51,210 bases of DNA from Octopus bimaculoides (taxonomy: Eukaryota). The notes beneath the pieces are model-generated. The model ran no database searches. It had not been told where the DNA came from and saw nothing but the letters and a program-made list of their open reading frames with translations. A program made the position numbers and the translations under genes. Of the stretch, positions 37,151 to 49,559 are shown piece by piece; position 1 is the stretch's first letter, and each line of letters begins with the position of its first letter. The stretch covers positions 58,509,652 through 58,560,861 of the forward strand of contig NC_068985.1 of NCBI RefSeq assembly GCF_001194135.2, in the 5' to 3' direction.

Positions 37151-37628
37151 NNNNNNNNNNNNNNNNNNNNNNNNNNNNNNNNNNNNNNNNNNNNNNNNNN
37201 NNNNNNNNNNNNNNNNNNNNNNNNNNNNNNNNNNNNNNNNNNNNNNNNNNNNNNNNNNNNNNNNNNNNNNNNNNNNNNNNNNNNNNNNNNNNNNNNNNNN
37301 NNNNNNNNNNNNNNNNNNNNNNNNNNNNNNNNNNNNNNNNNNNNNNNNNNNNNNNNNNNNNNNNNNNNNNNNNNNNNNNNNNNNNNNNNNNNNNNNNNNN
37401 NNNNNNNNNNNNNNNNNNNNNNNNNNNNNNNNNNNNNNNNNNNNNNNNNNNNNNNNNNNNNNNNNNNNNNNNNNNNNNNNNNNNNNNNNNNNNNNNNNNN
37501 NNNNNNNNNNNNNNNNNNNNNNNNNNNNNNNNNNNNNNNNNNNNNNNNNNNNNNNNNNNNNNNNNNNNNNNNNNNNNNNNNNNNNNNNNNNNNNNNNNNN
37601 NNNNNNNNNNNNNNNNNNNNNNNNNNNN

Positions 37629-37690
<62 letters not shown>

Positions 37691-37692
<2 letters not shown>

Positions 37693-38348
37693 GTATTTAT
37701 ATAAGCTTAAAGCTTATGGCGATCACCGTGCAATGACTAAAGAAAGTAGCCTAATAAAGGGGCATGTAAGCCCTCGACAGAAAGAAAAAGAAGGCTTTCT
37801 TATTCACATCCCTTTGTTAACGCGACTAAGTGTGCTATATTTACACCACCCAATTAGCCTCCCTGGAGATGTTAAATTTAAGAACTATATTAGAACGTAT
37901 TTGTTTTATGCAAACAAAATTTCTATGTGCTTTCGGTGCGAATGGTTTTGTTATACGCTACTGTATTTCACAATCTTATAAATAATAATAATGGTATTTA
38001 TATAAGCTTACATAATATGGCGATCACTGTGCAATGACTAAGGAAGTTTGTTTACATAAAACAAATACAAACTAATATAGTTCTTAAATTTCACATCGAC
38101 TGGTAGGCTAATTCGCTGGTGTAAAGGTAACACACTTTGTCGCGTTAACAATAGGACGTGTATTCGAGTCCCACGCAAATACGAAAGCCCATTTTTTCTG
38201 TCGAAGGCTTATATGCTCCTTTATTAGAATATCTTCCTTAGTCATTGTACAATGATTGCCATAAGCTTTAAGCTTATATAAATACCATTATAATTATTTA
38301 CAAGATTGTAAAACACGGTACCGTAGAACAAAACCATTCGCACCGAAA
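37691..38348. repeat. ~300-bp monomer in tandem and then inverted (A-B-C-A' | B'-A''-C' reverse complement)
   Basis: Block A, tggtatttatataagctta..atggcgatcac.gtgcaatgactaa, is at 37691, at 37992 and inverted at ~38233-38287. Blocks B and C also recur inverted. Confidence 0.8.
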
Positions 38349-38359
38349 TATGTATATGT

Positions 38360-39270
38360 TAGTATTACTTTTATTATTTTACTGCTCAGAGATTCCGATT
38401 TTACTTGATCTAATTGATATTGTGAGAGGCCACAGTAACATATTATCAGAGGTCTCCCAGTGTCTCTTTCCACAAATTATAAGCTTTGCTGTCCCAATAG
38501 AGCAGTTTTTGGGCCCTGCACTGCCTTCATGTCAATTTCTAGAACCTGGTTGTTAGTGCTCCGATTGACCCTACAACTACTAGAGTAATAGTTACTCTCC
38601 TCATTGCCTACATTCTTGCAATTTCGTCTTTTAGCAGTCTGTATCTTTTCCAACTCTTTGTCATCTATGCATGCATACTTAGGTATGGCAATATCTATGA
38701 TGTTGGTTTCCTTGTTTTTTTATCCCCCACAGTGATGCCTCGTCTTCGGATTATGGATTCACACTGAATTGTGAAACCTCGCAGTATCTTATATTTATTG
38801 TTCTCAAACACCCTCTTGTTCATGTTTGTACCATTTCAGTACTGTGCCGAGACCGTACGTTTCACTGTATCCAGTGAATAGACTTAGCCTGCAGTGAATA
38901 GACGTAGTCATACCTCCTTGCATACTACTTTTGGCCCAGCTTGCTACCATCACTCACAATATGTGATATCGTTTCATATTTGATGCCACACATCCTGCAA
39001 AGGGCGATTCACTGCTCTTATTTATTTAAAACTTCGTGTAATTAGTCCTCATGGCTTGTTCGTGACGCTGGATACCAATGCCTCAGTGCATCTTTTCAAA
39101 TCACTTTTTCGTAGCCATCTTCAGGTGTTGGTTTTGTATTCCCCTTCGATTTCTCTGACGTACTGCCTATGTATTGTTTTCATTTTCCAATTGTTTATTC
39201 TTTGTTCTTCATCTTGCTTCCTAAATGTTTTTGGGTGCGTCACATTTTCGATAACTATCGTGTTATGTCT
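38360..39270 (-). mobile_element. R4/Dong-type non-LTR retrotransposon 3' relic (zinc knuckle plus RLE)
   Basis: W.MK.IH.QYVR, WLRKSDLK..TEAL, CRMCGIKYETISHIVS, ENNKYKIL..FTIQC, IIDIAIP, KELEK, LKDEIARM, VVVGSIG, QKTALLGT. Confidence 0.85.
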
Positions 39271-39874
39271 AAAAGCGGCAAGGTTACATATATACACACA
39301 CACACATATGTATATANNNNNNNNNNNNNNNNNNNNNNNNNNNNNNNNNNNNNNNNNNNNNNNNNNNNNNNNNNNNNNNNNNNNNNNNNNNNNNNNNNNN
39401 NNNNNNNNNNNNNNNNNNNNNNNNNNNNNNNNNNNNNNNNNNNNNNNNNNNNNNNNNNNNNNNNNNNNNNNNNNNNNNNNNNNNNNNNNNNNNNNNNTAT
39501 ATATATATAATATTTACTATTAGTTCATTCTTCATTGTTTTTGACCTTCGTTATATAATTTTAGTGTACCCTACTTCTCTCACTGTTGTGCCACATAAAC
39601 CTGTAATAATATTATAACAAACAAAATTATATATTACATTATTCCCACTGGTACTTCAAATTTTTCTGCAACGCCAATTGGCTGTGACATGACATTCAGA
39701 AATTAGTTATCTGAGGATTGTGGTTCAATTCCTGCTGAAATCGATTTTGAAGCTTGTTCCCATTCTACAATCGATAAGAATACATGTTTTGCATTATAGA
39801 AATGCGAGAGATCGAAGTTTGAATTGAATATATTACCTGAGAGAAAATAGGTAATTTGTTGCAAATATTTTATT

Positions 39875-39909
39875 ATCATCACTACTACTGCTGCTGCTGC
39901 TGCAGCTGG

Positions 39910-39959
<50 letters not shown>

Positions 39960-40048
39960 TTACTACTACTACTACCACCACCACCACCACTACTACTACT
40001 ACTANNNNNNNNNNCACCACCACCACCACTACTACTACTACTACCACC

Positions 40049-40091
<43 letters not shown>

Positions 40092-40093
40092 TT
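39875..40093. repeat. Compound trinucleotide microsatellite (TTA/TCA/CTA/CTG/CCA)
   Basis: Direct reading; contains a short N run. Confidence 0.95.
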
Positions 40094-40528
40094 ACTAAAC
40101 AAATCGGTTTTCAGCATGATATATGTAACAAAGCCTTGTACGCACTCATGCATATTTTCAAGAGATATATTGACAATACAAACTTGGTTAGAAGGTAGTG
40201 TATGAGATGTAATTTTATATTTGTTTGTGAATATCACTTTTAGTCCTATTCACTTCCGCGGTCGTTGTATCTGCTGCTGCAGAGGATGATGATGATATTG
40301 TTACCATTTTGTTGTTGTTGCTGACGTTGTTTTTAGGTGCAAATTAGTCGATGTGCAGTTTAGAGCTAAAGATATCCAATAAAAATAGTTTAGCGGGACA
40401 GGGTGGATATCTACCTGAGCAAATGTAATAAATTGCTGAAGGAATGTATTTGGTATTACAAAGGATAATATGTGTAGTGGAAAATAGAAAAAATGAAAAC
40501 AGATATACCTCTGTCTATCTCTCTCTCA

Positions 40529-40574
<46 letters not shown>

Positions 40575-40603
40575 CGCTCTATTTATCTATATATCTATAT
40601 ATC

Positions 40604-40635
<32 letters not shown>

Positions 40636-41869
40636 NNNNNNNNNNNNNNNNNNNNNNNNNNNNNNNNNNNNNNNNNNNNNNNNNNNNNNNNNNNNNNNNN
40701 NNNNNNNNNNNNNNNNNNNNNNNNNNNNNNNNNNNNNNNNNNNNNNNNNNNNNNNNNNNNNNNNNNNNNNNNNNNNNNNNNNNNNNNNNNNNNNNNNNNN
40801 NNNNNNNNNNNNNNNNNNNNNNNNNNNNNNNNNNNNNNNNNNNNNNNNNNNNNNNNNNNNNNNNNNNNNNNNNNNNNNNNNNNNNNNNNNNNNNNNNNNN
40901 NNNNNNNNNNNNNNNNNNNNNNNNNNNNNNNNNNNNNNNNNNNNNNNNNNNNNNNNNNNNNNNNNNNNNNNNNNNNNNNNNNNNNNNNNNNNNNNNNNNN
41001 NNNNNNNNNNNNNNNNNNNNNNNNNNNNNNNNNNNNNNNNNNNNNNNNNNATATATATATATATATAATAGCATCTATACTTAACGAACTGTATTGATAG
41101 GAAACAGTGTTGAGGGGAAAGTGATAAGAGCTATTTCAATACATGTCAATATTAATACCAGCAGTCTTTTTAAGATAGATTCGATTATATGCTATTATAC
41201 TATACTGTCCTACACAAAATGAATTATTCTAAAGCGGTTTTTCTTTCAAAATAAAATCTATAAAGCAAGGTTATATACCAATGTGTTATCCATGTAGAAG
41301 TGATGGCAGGTTAACATAAATTTTACCCAATAGGCTTGATTTTATCAATATTTACAATAAGGCGTTCATCTCATTTTCTTTTATTCTTTTAATCTTTTAT
41401 TCTTCTACTTCTTGCCAAATGCCTTTTTCGGTTTTATTTTCATTCATATTTTATGTATTTATGTTTCTATAATTTTTGTTATTATTCTTTTGATTAATAA
41501 ATGTTTCATTTGTTGTTTGGAAGACGACAAAAAGCAAGAAAATATGAAAGGTTCCTCGCCGATTCATACTGTCGCATGAAAACACCTCTTCCATACTAAT
41601 CGTTTATTTTTCCATATAACATTCAACTTCATCTTCTCTGCAATCCTATTAAATGACTTCACTTGTTTTCCAATCACTCTCTACCACGTTTTTTCCTGCG
41701 TTCCTTGCCCTTATATTAACATAAAAGAAATTTGTTTTGCATTTAAATTTCTTTTCCTGCCTTTTTTTTTTATATACGCAGGTACTATTTTGAGTTACTT
41801 TTTTCTTTTCCTTCTTACATTCGAATCAGGTTCCATTGTTCCCATCTTTCACAGTTTTTAATTATTAAA

Positions 41870-41935
41870 AATAATAAATGCTCCAGCAGGGCAACAGTCA
41901 AATGACTGAAACAAGTAAAAGAGTAAAAGAGTATG
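41870..41935 (+). mobile_element. SINE 3' tail fragment
   Basis: gctccagcagggcaacagtcaaatgactgaaacaagtaaaagagtaaaagag matches the tail of the 12229 family. Confidence 0.7.
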
Positions 41936-42162
41936 AACAAAGATGTGGGACTTACACAAAACAGACTGATATCATTATTTGTTATATGATACTGCATAAA
42001 AGATACTCCGACATAATATGTCCCGAAAATAAGAAACAGATGTAATTCCTTGTCATGATATCAGGAAATCCAATTAAAGGTTTTATCATTTTTCAGAAAA
42101 TATAGTGAAGGCAACAGTTTGTATCAAATTGCTTTTAGAATGAATGTGAGTAGCTTGCCTGA

Positions 42163-42378
42163 CGCGTGCTTATCGTTGTATCTCTGTATTTCTTATCTCT
42201 CTGTATAATACATGTTTCATCGAAAACTTGTAGCCATGTTTCCCCTGTACATGTTTGCATGTGTGTGCGCGTGCTTATCATCGTATGTCTATATCTCGTA
42301 TCTGTCTGTATAATGAAATGCATGTTTCATGGAAAACTTGTAGCCATATTTCCCTGTACATGTTTGCATGCGCGCACG
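42163..42378. repeat. Tandem duplication, ~105-bp unit x2
   Basis: cgcgtgcttatc...catgtttcat.gaaaacttgtagccat.tttccc.tgtacatgtttgcatg occurs twice. Confidence 0.85.
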
Positions 42379-42658
42379 TGTGTAGATTGCTTGAAGCAGT
42401 GTACAGATTTTATATATTAAGAAGAACAATTTTGCATAGTTGCTTATGTATTTTATGCTTTTATCTCATTTCAGAGAATGATCATTTCGGATGATTCTCC
42501 AAAACAAGATGACAGCGCGTTAAATAATTATTCAAATTCTAACTTACTCCTTTTTTTCTCTATAGACCCGCTATATTATAGGGACGGAAACAAACCATCA
42601 CTGATTGTCAATTGGTTCTGGGGTAATACATTCCTACGGAAAAACAGACACTCAGATA

Positions 42659-42780
<122 letters not shown>

Positions 42781-43604
42781 ATGAAAGAGTTGGGTAAAGA
42801 AATGAAGTGATAGAGAAATATAAACACATAAAGAAAGGGACGGATTCACAGAAGGGGAGAGAGAATCAGAGTTAAAGATACGCAGCAATACAGTAGGCTT
42901 ATGTAGTTTCTGAAATAAATATTTGTGAAACTTCAGTAAATCATGGTTTTGTTCGGTTTAAAACAGAAAAAGTTCATCGAACGATTATTCATCAGTTTAT
43001 GCACCTTTACTGTTGGTATGAGAAACAGCCAAGAATAGTTTCATAGTTTTATAGTTTAAACTGGTGAAAGCGAACAAAATTAGACCTTTTTGCTTTATTT
43101 GTCTTCATTAGTTATTTATTTATCGTTAAGCAATCTAAAATTCGTCTTTCGTCCTTCTGGAATCCACAAAGTATTAGTACTGACTCTCTTTGCCGCCCTT
43201 TACATTCAAGTTACCTTTCCACGTCATAACCATTTTATTATGATAATGCAGCAGTCTCATTTTAATTGCGTGCTTTCACCGCACTACCCAGCTCAGCTTT
43301 GAAGGCCTTGAATATATGCTGTGGTAAGTTTTGGTTTTGTAATGTTTGCTGTATTGAAAGGGCTCTGCATAGGTGTGTGCCTATATTGCCATTTTCTATA
43401 TGATATACGTATTCATAAATGAATATACATTTAATGAGGTTAACATTAATTTTAGTCAGTGTAAAGTTACCGTGAGTGTCGACCGCTGTTTTCTTAATAC
43501 TATTTTAAAATCACCTGGTTTCGATCTTGATTTCAGATGCCAGAGAACATTTTTCTATTGTAATATCTTATTGATATTTAGCCCAACTGGCACTCATTCG
43601 GTTA

Positions 43605-43890
43605 TGGCGACGTGAGTTCTTGTTTAACCGATCAAATGAACAGTCAGCTCCCGAAATTCAGTTGCAAGTAGTTGAGCATTCCACTGACGTGCGTAACATT
43701 GACATGGTTCATAAGGATATCCAGTGTTACACAGAACGTGACAAAGCTGGCGTTTGAAATGCAGAAGAACTCATTTTTGTCAGTTGAGTGAACTGGGCAG
43801 CTTGATGTAAAGCGCCTGGTACAAGGACACAACGCGTGGCGGGGTATCGAACTCACGACCTTACGATCGTGAGCCGAATACTCAGCCATA
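43605..43890 (-). mobile_element. tRNA-derived SINE related to the 8939 family
   Basis: Minus-strand head tggctgagtattcggctcacgatcgtaaggtcgtgagttcgataccc; body shares gtcacgttctgtgt.acactg.atatcc and gctcaactacttgcaactgaatttc with 9160-9260. Confidence 0.75.
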
Positions 43891-46072
43891 TATTGAAACC
43901 AATTCGGAATTAACGCTCAGTACAAAAGGGTTCTTTTCGCCATCAATCCTCTATATCCACTCCAAAGTTAAATATTATTTAACTGTTGGACTGTGACACA
44001 GGAAGGCTTTCTTTGTTTACACGGACTTCACTATAATGTTGAGGGCCTTCATAGAAGTTGACACCCGATTCAAGTCATTTGGGACTTTCATGCTTGGGAT
44101 CTGTGATGCAAATCCCCACAAATAATCCACGGGAAATTACACACAAGTGAGCGTCAGGGACTTGGGCGATTGCTTGAGTAATATCACTGGGTTTTCCTTC
44201 CACCACGTCATCTTCTTTGAAAGTTACTAACGATGACATAACAAGTGTGTTGGCCAGTCTTATCTATTAAGTGATGTATTACCATAGGCATCTAATCAGA
44301 TTGGTGCGTTACTACTTTCATTACTTTTGCACGAGATGAATTCTAAACATCAGCAATTATGTTTGCTGCTGGCAACTCCACTGTTATTGACTCAGGTGAT
44401 AGCCAGAACTGCTGGTGTGCACGCATGTTCTGAGGCTGAATAATGTACAGTGGTTGTAAGCCGATATTGTTGCACCTCATCGGGCATAACTTACAGAGCT
44501 TTATTTCTGTGGAAGACTTGCAGTGACAGATTGATAATATATCAAGTTTGAGCGCTAGTAAAATGTAATAATATCGAAAGGTTAGACCCACGATCAGTGT
44601 ACATGGACGCTCAATACTTTATTTTATGGCGTGATTGTGACGGGATGATCGTCAAGCAAGTAGGATTTCCATTAAATGTCGATGTACACAGCATTCCATT
44701 TCAAATAACTACCTGTTCAGTTATAAATATATAACTTCCAAAAAATAATTGACCTGATAATGCTACACAACACATTGCCGTTTGGATATATTCTATGCAG
44801 AATTCATTTGTCGACAACGTTCACGATGCATGTTATTCCACTCATTCCTTTAAGACAGAACCCGTTTTCAGAATATAACAAAGAGCAACTGCGATTCTTT
44901 GGCAAAAAAAAGGTTACCAACTTTATTCTGTCTGGTGGCTATAGCTAAAGAGGTGGTGTGGAGGGAGTTCTTCGTCGACAAAAAGTTTGTCAACATTCTC
45001 CAGTTGCACTTAGTGGAAGGAGACTATAACCTACACTCACTCTACTCCTCTAAAATAAAAGTCACTGCTGCAGTGTAGTACTTGCTTTTGGTAGTAAAGG
45101 TAAAGTGTAAGTCTAGCACAGAGAAGTCCATCGTGAAACTCTAGGCAAGTGATTCTCCACCTATTGGAACATTTAAATTCATTTTCTTTTATTTCGTTAA
45201 TGTCCATGCGGGATCTGTCATCTGATTGTTTATAACTCTCAGCTGTTTTATTAATACATCCCAATATCTCCCACACAAGCTGCAACGTTTTTTAAATGGT
45301 TATCAACAAATTGTTAGATCAGACAAAACATGCTCGTTTCAGCATTCCTTTAGACTCTTTAAATTTTGACTTCAAACCAAACTTAAAATCTGACGCTTAT
45401 TCAGCTTAACAATCATTTGCGTTGCACGTTAGAACGACAATTTCTCTCCTCACCAGTACTAGGGACATCGTTTGTTGAACATAATGAACGAAATGTTCAT
45501 ATATTGATATAATCACGAATCGTTTTAGAAGGAAGATGTATTTATTCTTACAGTGGAAAATCATTTATGTTAACTTCATATCTCTGTAAAGTTACTACAC
45601 TCATAGATTTATTTGACCAACAACGAGAACAAATTGTATAGCTGTCTATTCTTCATGAGATATCATATCACGCACAGAATCTATTTATTAACATGTTGAC
45701 AGATAAATAAATCATTTATTACACACAGCAACGATGTACGACATTCTTTTAATGAACCTGTAAGTCCTTCTGGATTAACATTGTGTTCAGTTGTGTGCAG
45801 TTTGAAGAACTAATGTCATTTAAGTCAGATTCAGTGAATCATTAAAACGAATGTGAGATAAACAATGGAAATTACTATCATGAATTTGCATGAATTTGCG
45901 TATTTACAGGCTTTAAATATCGATAAGATAAATTACCTTAATTGTTGAAATGAAAGAGAATAGCAGGGAATGAATATATGAACTGAGAGTGTCATTGTGG
46001 TTGACAAAGCGTTCAGATTTTTGACTATTTCCTATATTTATATATAGAGTGGCATTGGAATTGTGTCACTTA

Positions 46073-48185
46073 CCAGGTCGCAGTTAATGCGACGAAAAAT
46101 TTGGCACCAAATAATAACTGTCTAAGTCAAGCTAAGATTTGTTGAATGATTGACATGTGCCTTACATGCAGGGTTCTGGGTTCAAGACACGGTCTCAGAT
46201 AAAAGTACTTTTCTGAAATATGTTGGTGTATCCATAACTAAAATATTAGACATTTTAATCAGTAGAATATTGATTGGAAGATGACGACGTGGAGCAAGAT
46301 TTATTCAAGGGATGTGGATACGTCTGCCAATTAGTGAGCCGCTAATCAAGGAAGCCTCGATTGAATGTTGATGCGTGGCCACTACTTCCAGTCTTATACT
46401 ATTGCAGAGTCCATTCTGGATAGAAAATTTACGAAGAAGCATTACTATTGAGCCGGGTTTTAAACTCAGTTTATGAGGAGACATTCCTCATGGCGTCAAA
46501 GAGTTTAGAAATTTAAATTGATAGAGCTCAGCCTCAGCAGGATCGTGTGTCAAAAATTTAACTGTACTATAACACATGTAGCAATCAACTGGAAGTTGTC
46601 TCAAAACTTCTTCGCTGATCAGGATGCAGTCTGAGTACTTTGACGAAAGAATTACTCTGCTTCTTCTCTCTTCCTTCTTCTCTCATAGTAACAGGGGGAC
46701 ACTCAGAATTTCGAGTCGCATCCATTTTGTGCTGCAGAGGTTCATCCGCGTCCATGATGTAGAATTAGTCATATTGCAGTTAATCATTAGCAGGATGCAG
46801 GTTTGTCGTCGTGTGGTAAGTTTAGCCTTGAATGCGGAAGCAATACGGACCCCTTCCTGGAGGTGCTGCCAGTTTGACTCTAAATGAAGAAGGTATAATT
46901 GTAATTTCTGATATTTAAAGGGAATGAAACGGACTCTTGATCGTTTCCCTCAAATAATTTTTTTAGTGTTTCTGGATATGGTTGCAATACAGGCACGTTC
47001 ACTTTTCCATTGTGGCAACAACTGTTATTTTCATTTCTAAACCTAAGCGCACCACTGCATTCACATACGTTGTTCATTTCTCCTATGTTAAATTGTTCAA
47101 ATTCATTAACAGTAGCTCTGTTTAGTTCTGGCCTGTTTTCTCGCACACTGCCGCTGCATCTGATGCCTCCTTAAATTTCTGCAGCATTCATATTTTGAAC
47201 TCTTTCTCGATATCTTCCCCTTTGGCTTTGCTGATTAATAACCGTCATATTGATTCTTGTTCTCTACACTTTGCTGAAATAAGTCTCTCTGCTGCTCGTG
47301 GTACTGTGCGCACTGTTCCTTATTTCATATCTTCTCTCCTTTGCTGAGATAGGTTTCTCTGCTGCTCGTGGTACTGTACACGCTCTTCCTTATTCATATT
47401 TTCTCGCCTTATTTTTTGTCTCCTCCTGTCTTGCTGCAGGTGCTTCTGGCATTGTTCCTCCTCTATTGACGCTCGTCTCAGCTGCTGGCGTTTCCTGTCT
47501 CTGTCTACGATTTTCTATCTCTGCTCTTCCTTTTTCCTCTGCCTGTAGAGATTCATTCCCGCGCGAGCAGCTTCTAGTTTTTGTTGCCGGTTCATCATGA
47601 ATGCAGCTTATAAGCACAAAAGAAGTACAAGATAATATGTATACAAAACACGAAGAAAATAATTGATAAAAATGGACTGTAACAGGCAATTCAAATCTTC
47701 TATGTTTCACTCACAAAATCAGTACCCTTTAATTTTGCTCAGAATGTTTTCAATTTTGGTGTATTGATGCAGTTCTAAATTTTGATTATTCTCAGGTAAT
47801 TACGTTATCTCGTAAATTAAGAATCTGATGTTATTTGGAATTACAGTTTGAAAATGTGGGTAATTTTAGCCCATCAACAGACAGCAAGTCATTAACAGCT
47901 TGTTACCATGACAACCGCACGTTGTTTCTGGATGCGCGCACTCGCGCAAGTCAGTGGTACTTGAGATAAAAAAAAAGAACACTCCACATTTTGAGTAACA
48001 TTTTATTTAAATTTCAAAATTTGTTTTATTTATTTATTTATTTTATTGGATAGATTTATCTGTCCGAAGCTGATTACGTTTGAATAATATTTGATTTCAA
48101 TTTCAAAATTTGTTTCATAAGATATATAGATAAATATCCCGTCTCCGATTTAGAGTTTTCACATATCTATACATGTATGTATAGA
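46073..48185 (-). mobile_element. Internally deleted Helitron (RepHel N-terminus joined to Pif1 helicase C-terminus)
   Basis: MNNVCEC.GALRF..E..CCHNGKV..P.L.PYP..LK.L, NIRNYN, PPGRGPYCFRIQG..YH, then FLNSLTP*GMSPHKLSLKPGSIVMLLR...NGLCN..RL...LIGRRIHIP. The termini (5' TC near 48185; hairpin plus CTGG at 46073-46093) are tentative. Confidence 0.85.
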
Positions 48186-48201
48186 TACGTATATCTATCA
48201 C

Positions 48202-48234
<33 letters not shown>

Positions 48235-49559
48235 AAACACACGCAGCATGCCACACATTCACACACACACACACACGCTCACACTTTCTGTCACCACTTT
48301 CTCTCTCGCTTTCCCTCTCACTCTCACACTTTCACTCTCCCTACCTGCCTGTCCCTCCTCTGCCTCGGAAAGTAAATGTAATAGCGAACATTTACTCCGG
48401 TTATTTCTCTATGTGTCGATGTATTTATCTATGTACTTGTCTTCCGATGTATATATCTATCAACTCTGAAAATACTGATAAACATTTAAAAACACAGTCA
48501 CCCTCTCTCTCACTCTTACCCTCTCATTTCCTCTGTGTCTACCTTCAAGTCTTTAATTCATATTTTACCTCTTCCTTTTTAACTAAGCGTGAAACGCATG
48601 TCAAGGACGTACATACATACGTAGTTATTAGCATATTAACATCATATTACTATATATATTGTACGAAGAGCGTAACTGACTGACGAACTAAGTTACTAAG
48701 CAAGGAATAAACAAAATTATAATATGATATATTATATATATGTATGTGTATATATACATACATATATATATATATATATTTATGTATATGTATATATGTA
48801 CATATGTATATATGTTTGTATAAATGTGTGCGTGTGTGTTTTTGTGTGTGTGCGTATCGAGAAAAAATCGTCAGAATTCTGGTAAAAATCTTTTTTATTT
48901 ATTCATTATTATTAACAGTTTCGTTCGTTTCTCGAACTTGTGATATAGAATTTTGTGAATATACAGACAGATTGTTCATTTATATAAAACAGATGTTTGG
49001 TTGGGGGAGGTCGTTTTAAAGAGGGGAACACAGTTTCTGGTTTTTGGGATGAGGTTCCATGACAATGGATATATATAGATATATAGAAAGATAGGTAAGT
49101 AGATAGCTTGATAGATAGATGTACAGGTACGAAGGGGGGCGAGAGAGTAGGGGATGTGTGTTCCCCCTTCCTATTCACCATTCATTTATTCATGTAGAGA
49201 AAAAAGAGATAATAGCCATGAAAGACAAGCAATATTCAGACAACATGCAACCCGTAATAGCATGTAACCTAGATGGATGAATTCATGGGAAGAACGAGAA
49301 ATAAGATTCGGACAACACAGGAACTATAATAGGAATAATAATCATCATGATAACTCAAGCAAGCCGTGATTTACGACCAAAAATCCCATATATCCTGAAT
49401 GGTGAAAAAAGCATAGAGGATGGGAAGAAAACGTAACCTGTAACCAACTGAATATGTATAAAAAATATGAACCATCCTCCTGTTTACATGAAAATCAGAA
49501 TCCCGAAACCAGAAAATGGTTCCATTTTTAGGGACAAAATACTAAAACCATGGACCAGA

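Noticed and set aside
2143-41084. Long ORFs in the track containing X runs or [12 protein letters not shown]/poly-L/V/S/Y
   Set aside because: Artefacts of N gaps and of microsatellites lacking stop codons.
43950-44600. Possible CR1/L2 RT relic (VRDLG) on the plus strand
   Set aside because: One short motif amid many stops; insufficient without an HMM search.
45037-45285. 82-aa ORF or candidate exon
   Set aside because: No polypyrimidine acceptor and no recognisable domain.
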